From assembly GCF_963921235.1 (NCBI RefSeq), contig NC_086128.1, positions 42,346,001-42,410,000 of the forward strand: a stretch of 64,000 nucleotides of DNA. The letters run 5' to 3'. Shown here piece by piece: positions 51,278 to 64,000 of this stretch. Made by a program: the position numbers and the translations under genes. The notes beneath the pieces were generated by a model. It did no database searches. It saw only the letters and a program-made list of their open reading frames with translations, and was not told the origin of the DNA. The first letter of the stretch is position 1, and each line of letters starts with the position of its first letter. The DNA comes from Mobula hypostoma (taxonomy: Eukaryota).

Positions 51278-52740
51278 TCACACAGATGACAAACTTCAAT
51301 TCTTTTTGAAATTAATTTGCACATTCAGATTATACAAATGGAAAAAAAAATAATTGTATAAACACAGCACATTATGTAAATACAGTACAACGAATGCTCC
51401 ACGAGCAAAAGGTATTTAAAACTATATACAGATTATTTTTCCTGATGGTTCACTTGAAGATTCTGTAGAATATTATAAAACTGAATGATAATAAAAAAAA
51501 CTATGCTTATTTGATGAGACATAATTTAAGACTTATATGGGCGTGACATGGTATTTTCACAAGGACTCTGCAAGAACAAAATAACAGATAATTTTCTAGA
51601 CTATCATCTCTCATATTGTGTGATGGATAGAAGCTGAAGCATACTAAAGACCTTATCTAACCGCCTGCAAAAGTCAAGCTGCAGGTGAACAGGATGAAAT
51701 AATCACTGTTCAATGGGGCTATGTTTTAATTACCTAAGAATGCTATTTGATTTCAAATTATACTGAAACAAAAGAATCACCACACTGTTCCTGGCTTCCC
51801 AGGATGCCAATATAGGCATTACACATCTTTGGGCAAAAAAAAGCTTAAGTTAGTTTTTATGAATAGAGTAAGAAATGGTGAAATCATCTAATCAGGGTTA
51901 ATAAACATAGAAATGGAAAAACACCCGAAACATTTGAAATTTGGTTAAGGACTACTAAAATTTAAGGAATGTTATATAATACTTAATTTGTTTGAATTGA
52001 GTAATACTGGATTTGTGGGATAGAACACTATTAAGCTTAAACCCATGATTAACTTCAAGGAGATATTCTGATGAGATACTTGCAATAAAAGCACTCAATG
52101 ACAAGAGGATAGAGAGGCAAAAGTAAATGGGTGCTCCCACAAGGTATTCTCTCAATTTTGTGGATGCTCAGTTACAAGATAGACTATAATGAAGTTTTCC
52201 TCTAATTAGTTCCTCAACCGAAGGCTGATAAGAGATATTTAGAAAAGATAACTTATTTAAACTATTGTTAAATACCTTATGTAAATAAGTAAATAATGTT
52301 TCAGATTTTGTTGAGCATTTACGGCTGTCCTCATTTTTGGAAAAATATTACACACTTGCTTCCAGTGATTCTCCTACTTGAACTTAGAGAATTCTAACAC
52401 CAAGGATATGACCAGAACTAAAATAGCCTATTCCCAAATATTCTTTTCATTTCCTGAGACGTGGCAGTATCAGCATCGAGTTCCTTCTGTTAGTTGCAGC
52501 TTGTAAGCCTAAATTCTTATGCCTATGCTGAGTTCAATGGTGAGCACAATTTACAGGATTGTGGCAAACCACTGATGGTAACGTAGATTTCTTGCATTTG
52601 AAAACTTGTGAAAAAATCATAGGGTTTCTGAGGGTTTCAAAGAAACCAAGAGTTTCCAACAGTGAAGCTACGCCATGTTTTTAAAAGCCATATAAGGGTT
52701 CTGTTCTTGTTCACAATAGATACAATAGTCCTCGTCATAC

Positions 52741-52848
52741 CTTGAGCTCCCCTGCAGCCACCTTGAATGAAAGTTCAATGACACAGCCAACTGCCATGCG
52801 AACAGCGCTAGAAGAATGCATCTCATTCCACACAGTGTCACTGTCCAC
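52741..52848 (-). CDS. HDAC5: Class IIa histone deacetylase exon ([36 protein letters not shown]); most 5' exon found in the window
   Basis: 108 nt, phase 0/0, ttctAG acceptor, GTatg donor; [16 protein letters not shown] is the HDAC5-type version of this segment. Confidence 0.95.
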
Positions 52849-53708
52849 CTAGAAATATCAAAAAATCTTATTTTCTAATTATAAATTAGACATTCTAGAA
52901 TCAGTTAGCCAAATAATTTGGTCACAAAAAATGGGTAAATTAGTTCATTATTATAAATAGCTACTATTTACATGCTTTTCTTCAATGGAAGGAAATGCTG
53001 GAATGTATATTTCAGATGTTATTGGACAGAAAGTGAGAGAATTTCAAAGCTGAGGTTTCCAACAACTCTAGCACAGCTAAGAATTGTTGGCTGAGGGAAG
53101 CTAAGAACACTAGAATTGAAGGAAAGCAAAGTTAGGGAGACGATATAAATTTGATGCAAGTCACAGAAATACTGAGAACCAAGCAGTGAACGGATATGAC
53201 ATAATTTTTATAGTTTGTGGGCTTATAGGTCAGTAAACTCAAAGGGATGGGTGAATGGGTCTTCCTCATTATAAAATGAACAGTAGAGTTTTGAATTTGT
53301 GCAGGTTTGCACAACATAAAATATTGAAGCCCAGGAGAGAAGAAGCATGGTTAAGTATAATGAAGACTGTAGCATAGCTGTGACCGGAGCAGCAGGTCTC
53401 TAAGGGCAAGGGTAAAATGTGGCAATGCTCTAAAGTTGCTAATCTTGATGCTGGAGTGTTTTTGGATTGAAAGGTCAGCCAGTACCAAATCCAATACCAC
53501 AGATGCATTCTACAGGCCTCCAAAATAATAGTAATAAAACATAAATACATGTGTGAGCAATCACATTTTTGAGAAGCATTGCAATAAATGATATTGAAAA
53601 TTTCTAGGTAGAACACGTGCTTGGTTGTATCTTGTTAAAAGTTTCAAAAAACACTCTCTGATGGCTGGCTTAAGAATACTGCTTAAAAATACTAAAAGTC
53701 TTAGCACT

Positions 53709-54070
53709 GTTATTGAGTAGCTGAGCTGGCTTGTTAACTTGCAGGTGTTTCGTTACCCAGCTAGGCAACATCATCAATGCAACTTTGAATGAAATGTTGG
53801 TGATCTACATTGTGAAGAAAATAGAGTTGTTCCCGTGTGGAGCTTTGCCAGCTAGCAAAGGTTTCCCATTGACAAGCAAGTTTGAGCTTGTTGCACCTGT
53901 GGGTCTTTAAGATGTTGGAAAAGATTTGTAGCTCGGGTTGAGGATGTTAATGTAGATAACCAACATTTCATTTGAAGTTGCACTGATGATGTTGCCTAGC
54001 TGGGCAACGAAACATCTGCAAGCTAACAAGCCAGCTCGGCGAGCTACATCCTCAACCCAAGCAACATCTT
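53709..54070. mobile_element. Fold-back insertion of a second Penelope-type family with inverted hammerhead motifs
   Basis: ~90-bp inverted arms; 14-bp TSD AAAGTCTTAGCACT at 53695-53708 and 54071-54084. Confidence 0.8.
53978..54021 (+). ncRNA. Minimal type I hammerhead ribozyme motif, second family
   Basis: UUGCA-CUGAUGA-U-GUUGCCU(AGCU)GGGCAAC-GAAA-CA-UC/UGCAA; stem III CG>CA is consistent with CpG decay. Confidence 0.8.
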
Positions 54071-55313
54071 AAAGTCTTAGCACTCCTTATGCCAAAGGAA
54101 ATTCAGCATAATTATTAATTCATAGGGTGCGACATCAGTAACAATGTCAGTATTTGCTCTTCATCTTCAACTGCTCTTTTCCTGAAAGACTGTTAGGAAG
54201 CAATCTGATTAATGAGTCTGGAGCTTCATTTGACCAGACCAGGTGAGGATGGCAGATTTCTTTTCCCAATGAACTTCAAGAATCAAAAGGGTTTTTGCAT
54301 CAACTTACTAGATCCATGGATACCACTACAGTTGCTGGAAATCTGAAATAAAGGTGAATGGTGCAAATACCCAACAGGTCAAGGAGCATTTATCTCCTAT
54401 TTAGACTTTCCTCAGACACAACCACTGCTATTAACAAGCCTTGAACAGCTTCTCTCAGTTGTGTTATCTAGTCAAATCACTTGTGTCATTTATTTTCTCT
54501 TGCTCTCTAGCTAATCACAGAAATTCCTTTTGCTTTCTCCTCCTCCGATGCAATTTAAAATATGTTTGAATTTAATTTTTCTTAGTTCTGATGAAAGGTC
54601 GGCCAACAGAAATTTTAACTTATTCTGATTGCCAGATTCTGCCAAACCTGCTGGTATTTCCAGCAATTTCCACTTTTAGTTCCGAATTCCCGCATCTGTC
54701 ATTATTTTTGTTTTTCCATAGTGCTGTCACACTCTAATTTCCCTCAGGTTTATTTATTTCCAATATAAGGGCATATAATTCATAAACTTCAACAAATTCA
54801 GGTAAAAGTCATGTAACTTATTACACTCCAAAAAAACTGAAGATTTTGCTGACTGTACCATAAGCCTGCTTGATGAAAACACAACATAATCAATAACCAT
54901 TTAAAAAGCAAAAAATACATTTAGTGCATGAAATATATTACTTTCACGAACTCCGTATTACAGGTGCTTCTATTTCTCAAGGAAACACTATGCAAAGTTT
55001 CTCCCGATCTCCAAAAGATAAAGGAACTAATTCCAAACTATCTAGTTAACTTACATACTTTACTTTTAAGTCACTTAGTTACTTTTGCAGTTCTAGCAGT
55101 ATTTTTATATTTGAACTGATATTTAGAAATTACAGGAAGAAGATAATTCAAAGGAAACGTTTTAATAAAGAAGAATATCAGTGTCGATCAAAAATACAAC
55201 TTAATTGCAGTGGAAAAATAGAGCTCAGTGGTACTTTGCACCTGCAGACAAGAATAAAATGCTTGGAATGTACAATTTTGGCTCCATTTATAAACCAATT
55301 TTGTATGAGAATA

Positions 55314-56935
55314 CAGGTTTCCCCCGCCATCCAAAGGTAGAGCGTTCCTATGAAATGGTTCGTAAGCCGAAATGTCGTAAAACGAAGAAGCAATTACCAT
55401 TTATTTATATGGGAAAATTTTGTGAGCATTCACAGACCCAAAAACAACCCACCAAATCATGCCAAATAACACATAAAACCTAAAATAACAGTAACATATA
55501 GTAAAAGCAGGAATGATATGATAAATACACAGCCTATATAAAGTAGAAATACTTTTCCACAATCATTACTGCACTGTTCTCCGTAGCGAAAATCTCACAC
55601 AAGCGCCGTCGGCAGAAAATCTCACACAAGCGTTGTTGGCAAAAACACGCGCAAGCGCTCTCCAGTAACCTTTAAGCTATGAAGCTGCCAAATCATACCA
55701 AATAACACGTAAAAATACACAGCCTATATAAAGTAGAAATAATGTATGTACAGTGTAGTATCATTTACTGGAATTGGTTCAGCGCCGAGCATGCTGATGA
55801 TGGTGTGTTAGACTGAGTCGTCACAGGTTGGGGTGGTGCAGTGGCCCCCCACCCTCCGGGCCGCTGACCAATACATTGCCGCGAAGCATGCAGGGGTGCG
55901 GCGGTAGCCGGGAGGCACACAGCACATCTTTAAGAAAAAAGCCGAAATAAACATGCTAATTAATTAGGTGCCGCCCAGCATGTAATTGTCGGCCCAGATC
56001 AGTGCCGATTTCCGACTGCGTTGTCTCTGATCTGGGCCGACAATTACGTGTCGGGCAGCACCTAATTAATTAGCATGTTTATTTCAGCTTTTTTCTTAAA
56101 GATGTGCTGTGTGTATCCCGGCTACTGCTGCATTCTCCGTGAATCGGTATCTCTCTGCGGCCTGGGTGTTGGGGTGGTGGGACACTGGGGTGTCATCTTG
56201 TCGCCTGTTTCCATTGGAGCAGGCAACTCATCTTCTCCTATGACTGGCTGGCTCGATTTCGAAAGTCAAGGTTCGTCGTCTGCTGTGGCTGATGTGGAAC
56301 GCTAACTTGACTGCTGAGCCTTGCGCATTTTTCTATCATACAGTTCTTTGTAAGGACTCAAACCATCTTGCAAATATCCCCTAAACCTACGTACCCTTTC
56401 AAAATTAAAGTCGTACTTTATCATTGCAGCGAAAATCTCATGCAGTTGCTTCACGTTCAGTTCGCTACTGCATTCGGTTTCCATTGTTATCCTTTCTTCT
56501 TCCAATTGCATCAGCTCTTCATCTATCAGTTCTTGGTCATGGGATGCCAAAACCTCTTTAACATCATCTTCGTCACCTTCCACAAGCCAAACTCACGTTG
56601 TCCTTACTTTGTTCACCACGATCGAAATGCTTAATTATGTCTAGTTTTACGCTAAGTGCAACACCCTTACGAGCTCTTTTAGGCTTTTCGGATACCATAG
56701 AACTCATTTTGCTAAAGGCTGCTCACAGGCACGTGTTTAAGCAATGCCGGCGAGAATGCCGTTCCGAATCCGGGGGAGAGCGGCTGCCCGGGGCGCGCGC
56801 TGGTTTTTTATCGCGCACTGCTTTTTTTTCGTAACAGTGAAAATACCTTCTGAAAGCGAAAACAGGGAACTAATGTAGGTCTTTTGTAACAGTGAGGTTT
56901 CGTAAAGCGAACGTTTGAAAAACGGGGGACACCTG
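55314..56935 (-). mobile_element. Internally deleted Tigger/pogo DNA transposon
   Basis: TA TSDs, TIRs CAGGT(T/G)TCCCCCG; N-terminal HTH start (MVSEKPKRARKGVALSVKLDIIKHFDRGE) joined to acidic C-terminal tail (track ORF 56302..56583); no DDE domain. Confidence 0.85.
55897..56132. repeat. Long inverted repeat (106-bp arms, 24-nt loop)
   Basis: 55897-56002 is the near-perfect reverse complement of 56027-56132. Confidence 0.9.
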
Positions 56936-57349
56936 TAGTTAATAATATCAGGCAAAGCATTAGAGGATAATTTGTGCACAGTACAGACACACATAAATAA
57001 AGTACTGATGGCGGTGGATTCCTCATGGAGAACAATCATATAATGTTGGCTTTCAACATCAACAGTCACCTGTGAATGACACTCCTCCAGTGTGAAAATA
57101 AATTGATGTCAAGACATCCTCAATAAAATGTGTGCACAGCAGTAGTGAAAGAATAGAAACCAAACAATAAAAAAGTTTAAATTGTGACTTTGCATTGTAA
57201 CAAGATTACTGCCAAATCTTGCTGATTCTTCATACCATTTAAGGCTTTAAAAGGGATATCATTTTTGAGAAACAGTGCCACTTTTTGATCATTGTAATTT
57301 GTGGTAACTAAGTACACACAGACATGAATGTAAACAAAAATCCTATCTT

Positions 57350-57615
57350 AATTAGAGTTATATAGCACAGAAACAGGTCCTTTAACCCAGCTTGTCTGTG
57401 CCAACGAAGGTGCTTTCCTGAGCTAGTCCCACTTGCCTGCATATGGACATTAATCCTTAAAACCTTTCCTATCCATGAACTCATCCAACTAAATGTCTTT
57501 TGAATGTTGTAATTGTACCCGCCCCTACCACTTTCTCAGGCAGCTCATTCCATGCACCCACCACTATCTGTACAACAAACATGCCCCTTAGGTCCTCTTT
57601 AAATCTTTCCCCCAT
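57350..57615 (-). mobile_element. CR1 LINE 3' end
   Basis: Reverse complement of the VVGAWNELPEKVV relic and CR1 tail. Confidence 0.7.
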
Positions 57616-58699
57616 CATAGTCGACCGTTATTTTGATCTTTGACGAGGTTATTTCCTGGCAATAGGCTGACAGTTGGCAATTGGATGACTGGAAGCCAGA
57701 TGCTCATTATTACAACACCAAGTAACAATTCCATGAGATAGCTTGTCTAAAATTTCAGAGTACTACAAAGTCATTGTAACTTTTGTATTTTTTTTTAAAA
57801 ACAGCTGGAATAAAGCTCTGAATGATCATGATTTAGGTAAGTCTGCCGTTTTAACTTTGTTTCTCTAATCTTCTTAGTAAATAAAGGTACTTCTGGGTAG
57901 ACTTTCATTGTCATTGGAGAGATCCAATGGATGGTTCTACAGTAGTTCAGTGCTTGCCCAAACGACAAATTCAACTTTTAGTTTAGAAGTGAATGTTTCT
58001 CAAGGAAACTGTGCTTTGAACATAAATAAAAATGCATCAGGAAACCATGCTCATGTGAAATCTGGTGGACAGCTGTTAAATTCAATGGCTCCCAAAATCT
58101 GAAGAATGATGCCTTATTAGTCTTTGTTAATTGCAAATCTGCTTCCCCAGAGCAGGTACAGTGAACATCAAATTAAACAGGAAGCAGATATGTTTCTAAC
58201 AAGTTGTGGTTGAACTTTACATGTTTGCTGAATTGATCTTCTGCTGCACATTGAAGACATTAAAATCTACTCCTACATAATCTAGCCACGCAACATTCGT
58301 ATTATTTCATGAGCTTTAAACTCCAGATTTGTTTTTTCCTTTACGTCTGATCTTCCTATTTCCATTTCTTCTCTTTGCAAATTATTTCATCTTAACCTTT
58401 CCAGGTCCTTCTGTTCCATTTGTTTTTTTACCATTTTCTTTCATGGTAGTTACCAACAAATTTACTGCTCACTTAGCACACACTGTCCATTTCTTGTTTT
58501 TGTCAAGCCACATCAACATTTTTCCTTCTGTTGAAGTTTACAACAATATTTGGCATAAGTTTCACATAATCAATATGGGTGGTGTATACTTTGATTCAGT
58601 GGTATCAAGTCTTAGAGTTACATTCCAATTCAGCAATTTCCCTGGGTCAGCAAATCAGTGAAGGGCTGAACTACTGGAGTTATTCTCTGTGAAAACTGT

Positions 58700-60420
58700 T
58701 TTAGGAACATAATAAACAGGAACAGGAAGAGGCGCATTCTACCCTTTGAGAACACCTTGCCATTCATCAAGATGATGGGTATTGTACTTCAGCACGATAC
58801 CATAATAAATGGATTCCTTGATACCCAGAAATTTATCGATCACAATAACTGAGCTTTCACAATCATCTTGGATAAAGAAATCCAGAAATTCATCACTGTA
58901 AGACAAGAACTTTCTCCATCTCACTGCTTATCATTCTCCCTGCATTTAACTCTTGAAACCCTTAAGAAATTATGTAAATTTCAATGAGATCTTGTCATAT
59001 TCTCTGAATTCTAAAGAATACAGTCTCAGTACTCAATCCCTCTTGAAAAGGCAACCCCACCATCCTTGAAACTAGATAAGTGAATCTCCTTCACAATGCC
59101 TCTGGCATGTATTTCCTTTCTTAACTAAGGTGATCTAAACTAGACAATACTTCAGATGGAATCTCACCAGGGCTGTAAACAATTAAAGCAAGTTGTCCTT
59201 ACTTCTGGAATCAAACCCTCTGCTTAGAAAGGCTGAAACCATTTGGTCCTTAATTGCCTGCTGCATCTGCATATTGGTCTTAGTAACTTGTGTACTTTGG
59301 TCTCTTTGAACATCAATCCTATTCATCTCTCACAATTTACCAGATACTCTTCTTTTCTGTTCTGTGCATCAAAGTGGATAACCTCACATTTTTCCACCTG
59401 GTGTTTCATCTGTCATGTTTTTGTTCACTTAAGTAGTTCATCCAAATCCGCTTGAAGTTCTCTACTCATAATCCCAACCAGTTTAGTGTTATCAGTGAAT
59501 TTATAAATATAACAATTTGTCCCTTCAGACAAATCATGAATTGCTGGAGGCAAACGCTGATCCCTGCTGATTCCAACTAGATCTTAGTCTGTCTAACCTA
59601 ACAAGGATACATTTAATCCTTTTCTCAGCTTTCTGTTCAATAACCAATTCTCAATAAGTACATGGCCCTTAATTTCTAGTGGTCAAACCCTGTTGATCAA
59701 TTTCTTGTGCAGGACTTTATTAAATGCCCTCCAGGTATCTACTGGTTACCTCTTATTTACTCTACTAGTCATATCTTCAAAGAACACCAACAGATAAATC
59801 AAACCTTATTTTTCCTTCATAAATGAATGTTGACCCTGATCAATGCTTTTCTTCTTTCCATGGAGCTTTGTTATTACATCTTTCACTACCCATTCCAGCA
59901 TTTTACCAACCACAGATTCTGGGCTACTGGGCTGGTAGTTTACTCTCTCTCCTTTGTTAAATAGTAAATAGCCATTTCCTTCCATTCCTCATTCTCATTA
60001 TCTGGCAAGTTTTGTGCATCTTCTGTGAAGATAGACACAAAATAATTGTTTAATTTCTTTTCTTTTACCCCATTGCAAGCCACCCTGTCTATTAACTGCA
60101 GGAGTATCACATTTTCTCTTGTTATATCTTCCTTCTATAGAATCCTTTTGAGCATGTATCTTCGCTAGTCTATACTCAATTTGTATCTTGTCTTCCTTTA
60201 TAAATTCCTTGGCTCTTTTCTGATGAGTTCCACGATACCCTCAATCTCCTGGTCTACTATCATTTGTGGCAAGTTTGTAAGCCTCTTCTTTCAATTCAAT
60301 GCCACATTTAATTTCTCTGGTCAGCCACAGATGAATCACTTTCCTTTTTGTGTTTTTGCACCTTAAAGAAGTGCAATTCTTCTGTAACTTGTGTATATTT
60401 AAATGTTAATGCTATCAACT
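58700..60420 (-). mobile_element. Old, heavily decayed CR1 LINE
   Basis: Scattered RT relics (e.g. KFTDNTKL, KCEVIHF on the minus strand); boundaries approximate. Confidence 0.5.
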
Positions 60421-60466
60421 GTCAATTTTTTCATGTATTTTTGTAATCAATCAAAGCTAAACTCTC

Positions 60467-60674
60467 ATATCAACACACACAAAATGCTGGAGGAACTCAG
60501 CAGGCCAGGCAGCATTTATGGAAAAAGAGTACAGGCGATGTTTCAGGCTTAGACCCTTCATCAGGACTGGAGAGAAAAATAATCTCCTGATGAAGGGTCT
60601 CGGCTCAAAATGTTCCTCCAGCATTTTGTGTGTTGCTTGGATTTCCAGCATCTGCAGATTTTCTCGTTTGTGAT
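60467..60674. mobile_element. Older fold-back Penelope-terminus insertion with two degenerate hammerhead cores
   Basis: Inverted CTGATGAAGGGTCT motifs at ~60550-60564 (-) and ~60587-60600 (+); possible 9-bp TSD TAAACTCTC (60458-60466, 60675-60683). Confidence 0.75.
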
Positions 60675-62349
60675 TAAACTCTCCTCTCATCCAGTTGTTA
60701 AACTGACACCCCATATAGAAGTAAAAAAAAATCTATAGTACTATTCAAACAGGTGCCTTGGCATACTTTTATTCTTCAAATAATACTCAAAGTCCATATC
60801 ACTTGGGCATTTTTAATAATATTATTTGTGACACTGCAAATGTGCTCAATGGTTCGTACTTTTTATTTAAATTGATTATTCTTCTTAGAACATAGCTGTG
60901 TGAATTCTTTTTGTATTGAGTAGGGCATTCCACCTGAACTGTGTTGACACGTCCATAGCTTTGGCAAATGATGTCTTGAGTTAGCAGGCGAACTACAGAA
61001 TACCCAAGTCTTGAAAATGTACAGAGAATTACATGCAATTACCACTGGCAGTGATAACTGTAACAGTTTTTGAAAAGATATTGTTAACTGTCACACTTAA
61101 AGTGCAGGTACTACCACAGCAACACTTGGTTCCTGTGTTTGTATCCAATGAAAACAAAAATCAGTGATATATTTCCAAATTGGAATGATATGACTTGGAG
61201 GAAAACCTGGAAGTGGTGTTCTCCTCAAGCACTCCCTTGTTAGTTTTGGTGGTAAAAGCCACAGATTTGAATGGTAGATTGAAAATATATTAACAGGTTG
61301 CTGCAGGGTAAACATGACACATCATGAGGAGAATGAATATTTAAGTTGGTGGATAACTTGCTAATCATGCAAGTTGTTTTTTCAAGAATGGCACTCATAT
61401 TCATTTGCCTTACGACAGGGCCAGTTAACCCACCGAGTTTATAATCGGCTTTCAGAGCAATCCCATCAATCCCATTCCATTACGTGTTCCCCTTCAATCT
61501 ATCCTTTCTTCCCGATTCATCCACCACTCACCCACACGAGTGATGATTTACATTAGCAAATTACCTACTAACTAGCAAGTCTTTTGGATATGCTAATAGA
61601 GGAAACAGAAGCATTCAAGGGAAACTAACACAGTCACTGGGAAAACACACATTCCACACGGACAGCATTGGAATTCAGGTCGTAGAGCCGGGAGGGAATC
61701 TTACTTGAACTGCAGTATTTGAACAAAGTGTTCATGTCTAATTGCTATAAGGGCTGCTGAGATTTAGCAGTTGATTCATAGCACTGGGTACCCAGTTTAT
61801 GACCTATTTTACAGTATTTATATTACTCCTTCTGTTGAGATTCTGGTCACTGATAATATTGAGATGGGGGTATGAGTTTCTACTGAATAATGAGAAGTGG
61901 TTGGACTGCTGATGGAGCAGACGCTGTCACAAGCATAACAAGAATGATACTTGCCAGTTTCAGTTCAAACCTACGTACTTTTACATTCAGGCACAACTTA
62001 CTCTGTTAGCTGGGCTGCATAGCCCCTCAGCACCCTTGTTATATCTTCTTTGGGAAATGGAACTGATTAAACTAGAATCAGCCCATTTCAGATATTTTAA
62101 AGGGCGAAAGATTATTGAAAAAGGATATAGATCAATCAATTTTAAATGAAACATTGAAGGGAGCGATAAAGAATATAGAAAATAAGGAGAGTTATTCTGC
62201 GTGGCTGCTGGGTGAAAACATATGGTAGAGCTTTTACAAAATGCCTCACCGTTTTACTACAGTCAACTCAAAGACCTCTTCAGAGTCTAACCAGGATCCT
62301 TTTATAATTTACAACAAATAAATGTGGTAAACAGTAAGGGATTTAAAGA

Positions 62350-64000
62350 GGTTTCAGAACACCTTCCAGATGAAGCAATAATTTATTACTTCCAATTTGG
62401 TGCTCACAATCGGGGGACAGGATGACTCTAAGGTCAAGAGCTGTGTTCTCCCTGCCATCAGGAAGGCAAAGCGAGAACACACAGAAAAAATTCACAGACA
62501 CCTTTGTGACACCAAGGACACACAGTGCATGTGGCAAGGCATACAAACCATAACCAATTAAAAGTCCACCCTGCGCTTCAATGACAGCGACAGCTCTCTT
62601 CATGATAGGCCGAATGCCTTCTATGCACAATTTGACACACTGAATGATGTAACATCGAGGAAAGACTCCTCTCCCCCTAGGAACAGGAAACCTCTCAGGC
62701 AGCAGCCAAGGTGAGGAGGATCCCATGTAAAGTTGCAGGGCCAGACAACATGCCTGGTCAGGTGCTGAGGGACTATGCAGCCCAGCTAATAGAGGTCTTA
62801 ATGAGGTCTTTAATATATCTCTGAAACAATCTACTGTCCCTGCAGACTTCCAGGTAGCCACCATCATTCTGGTGCCCAAGAGGGCAACAGTAACTGGCCT
62901 AAATGATTACAGCCCAGTGGCACTGACTTCAACAATCATGAAATTCTTTGGGCAGCTGATAATGGATCGTACAAAATCCCACTTTAAAGCTACAATGGAC
63001 CCTTTTCAGTTCACCTACCGCTCAAACCAGTGCACTGATGATGCTACAACCACAGCCTTCCAACCCATCCTGTTACACCTAGAAAATGATGCATATGCCA
63101 AGATGCTGTTCATCAACTTCAGCTCAGTGTTTAACACGATCATTTCTCAGAGGCTGGTAGGTAAACTGTCCTTGATGGTACTCAAAACCTCTCTCTGTAA
63201 CTGAATCGGGGATTTCTTGATGGAAATACCCCAGACAGTTCAAATTGGCAGCAACATTTCAAGCTCCATCACACTGAGCACTGGTGCCCCCAGGGCAGTG
63301 TGCCCAATACTGCTGACTCATGACTGCACTGCCAGATCCAGCTCAAACCACATCAAGTTTATTGATGATACAACAGTGGTTGGCCTCATCAGCAACAATG
63401 ATGGGTCAGCATACAGAGTAAAGAGGCTTGTCAAATGGTGCAAGAACATCAACCTGAGTCTCAACGTGGACAAGACGATGATGATTGTGGACTTCAAGAA
63501 GGCACAAGTCAACCACTCTCTATTGCACATTAATGGCTTTGCTGTGGAGAGAGCGAAGACCACAAAGGTCCTTGGTGTGCACATAACAGATGATCTAACC
63601 TGGACCCACAACACCACCTCACAAGTCAAGAAGGCACAACAGTGTCTACACTTTCTGAGAAGATTGAGGTGTGCAAAACTCCGTCCCCATTCTAATAACT
63701 TTCCACAGGAGGACCATTGAGTGTCCTATCTGGCTACACCACTGTGTGGTATGGAAGCTGCAAGGCATCTGCAAGACCTTATAAAGTACTGCAAAAGATG
63801 CTGAGAGGATTATCGGGGATTCTCTTCCCCGTTATTTTTGTAATTTACCTGGAATGTTGCAGACAAAGATCTAGAAGCATTATTGAGGATCCCTACCACC
63901 CATCCCACAATCTCTTAGACCCATTACTGTCAGGAAGGAGGTACAGGAGCATTAGGATTAGGACTGCCAGACTGGGCAACACTTTCATCCCTAAGGCTGA
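62350..64000 (+). mobile_element. Rex1/Babar-type LINE reverse transcriptase pseudogene
   Basis: LNDYSPVALTSTIMK..DPFQFTYR..LFINFSSVFNTI (62872..63204) and KFIDDTTVVGLI..KKAQQCLHFLRRL (63217..63720); frameshifted. Confidence 0.85.

Noticed and set aside
56302-56583. 93-aa acidic ORF as a domesticated TIGD gene
   Set aside because: C-terminal remnant inside a TIR/TA-bounded deleted transposon lacking the DDE domain, and out of frame with the N-terminal piece
52849-64000. Expected upstream HDAC5 exon ending ..LPCGG(I/V)G
   Set aside because: No matching segment with splice sites was found by eye; it probably lies beyond the window, but a miss cannot be excluded without tBLASTn

Overview
Eukaryotic, repeat-rich vertebrate DNA. 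The repeat complement (CR1, Rex/Babar, Tx1/L1, tRNA-SINEs, Penelope-like elements) suggests a cartilaginous fish, though this is inference. The only host gene I can support is the 3' part of a class IIa histone deacetylase, best called HDAC5, on the minus strand. Ten coding exons from 52848 down to the stop at 25725 splice with GT-AG sites and consistent phases into 1002 nt (333 aa plus stop), followed by a ~3.6 kb, apparently TE-free 3' UTR. No further upstream exon was found in 52849-64000. Most ORFs in the supplied track are spurious or transposon relics. The most striking non-gene signal is a set of minimal type I hammerhead ribozyme motifs (stem I-CUGANGA-N-stem II-GAAA-CG-UH-stem I) from at least two Penelope-type families with different stem sequences. 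They occur in a young Neptune-clade Penelope element and in short fold-back insertions with 13-14 bp target-site duplications. One intact copy is sense to the HDAC5 pre-mRNA. Also present: a non-autonomous Helitron, several Tigger/pogo and Tc1 derivatives, a hAT-like element, nested LINE/SINE stacks and one 167-N assembly gap. All repeat family names come from motif recognition, not database searches.
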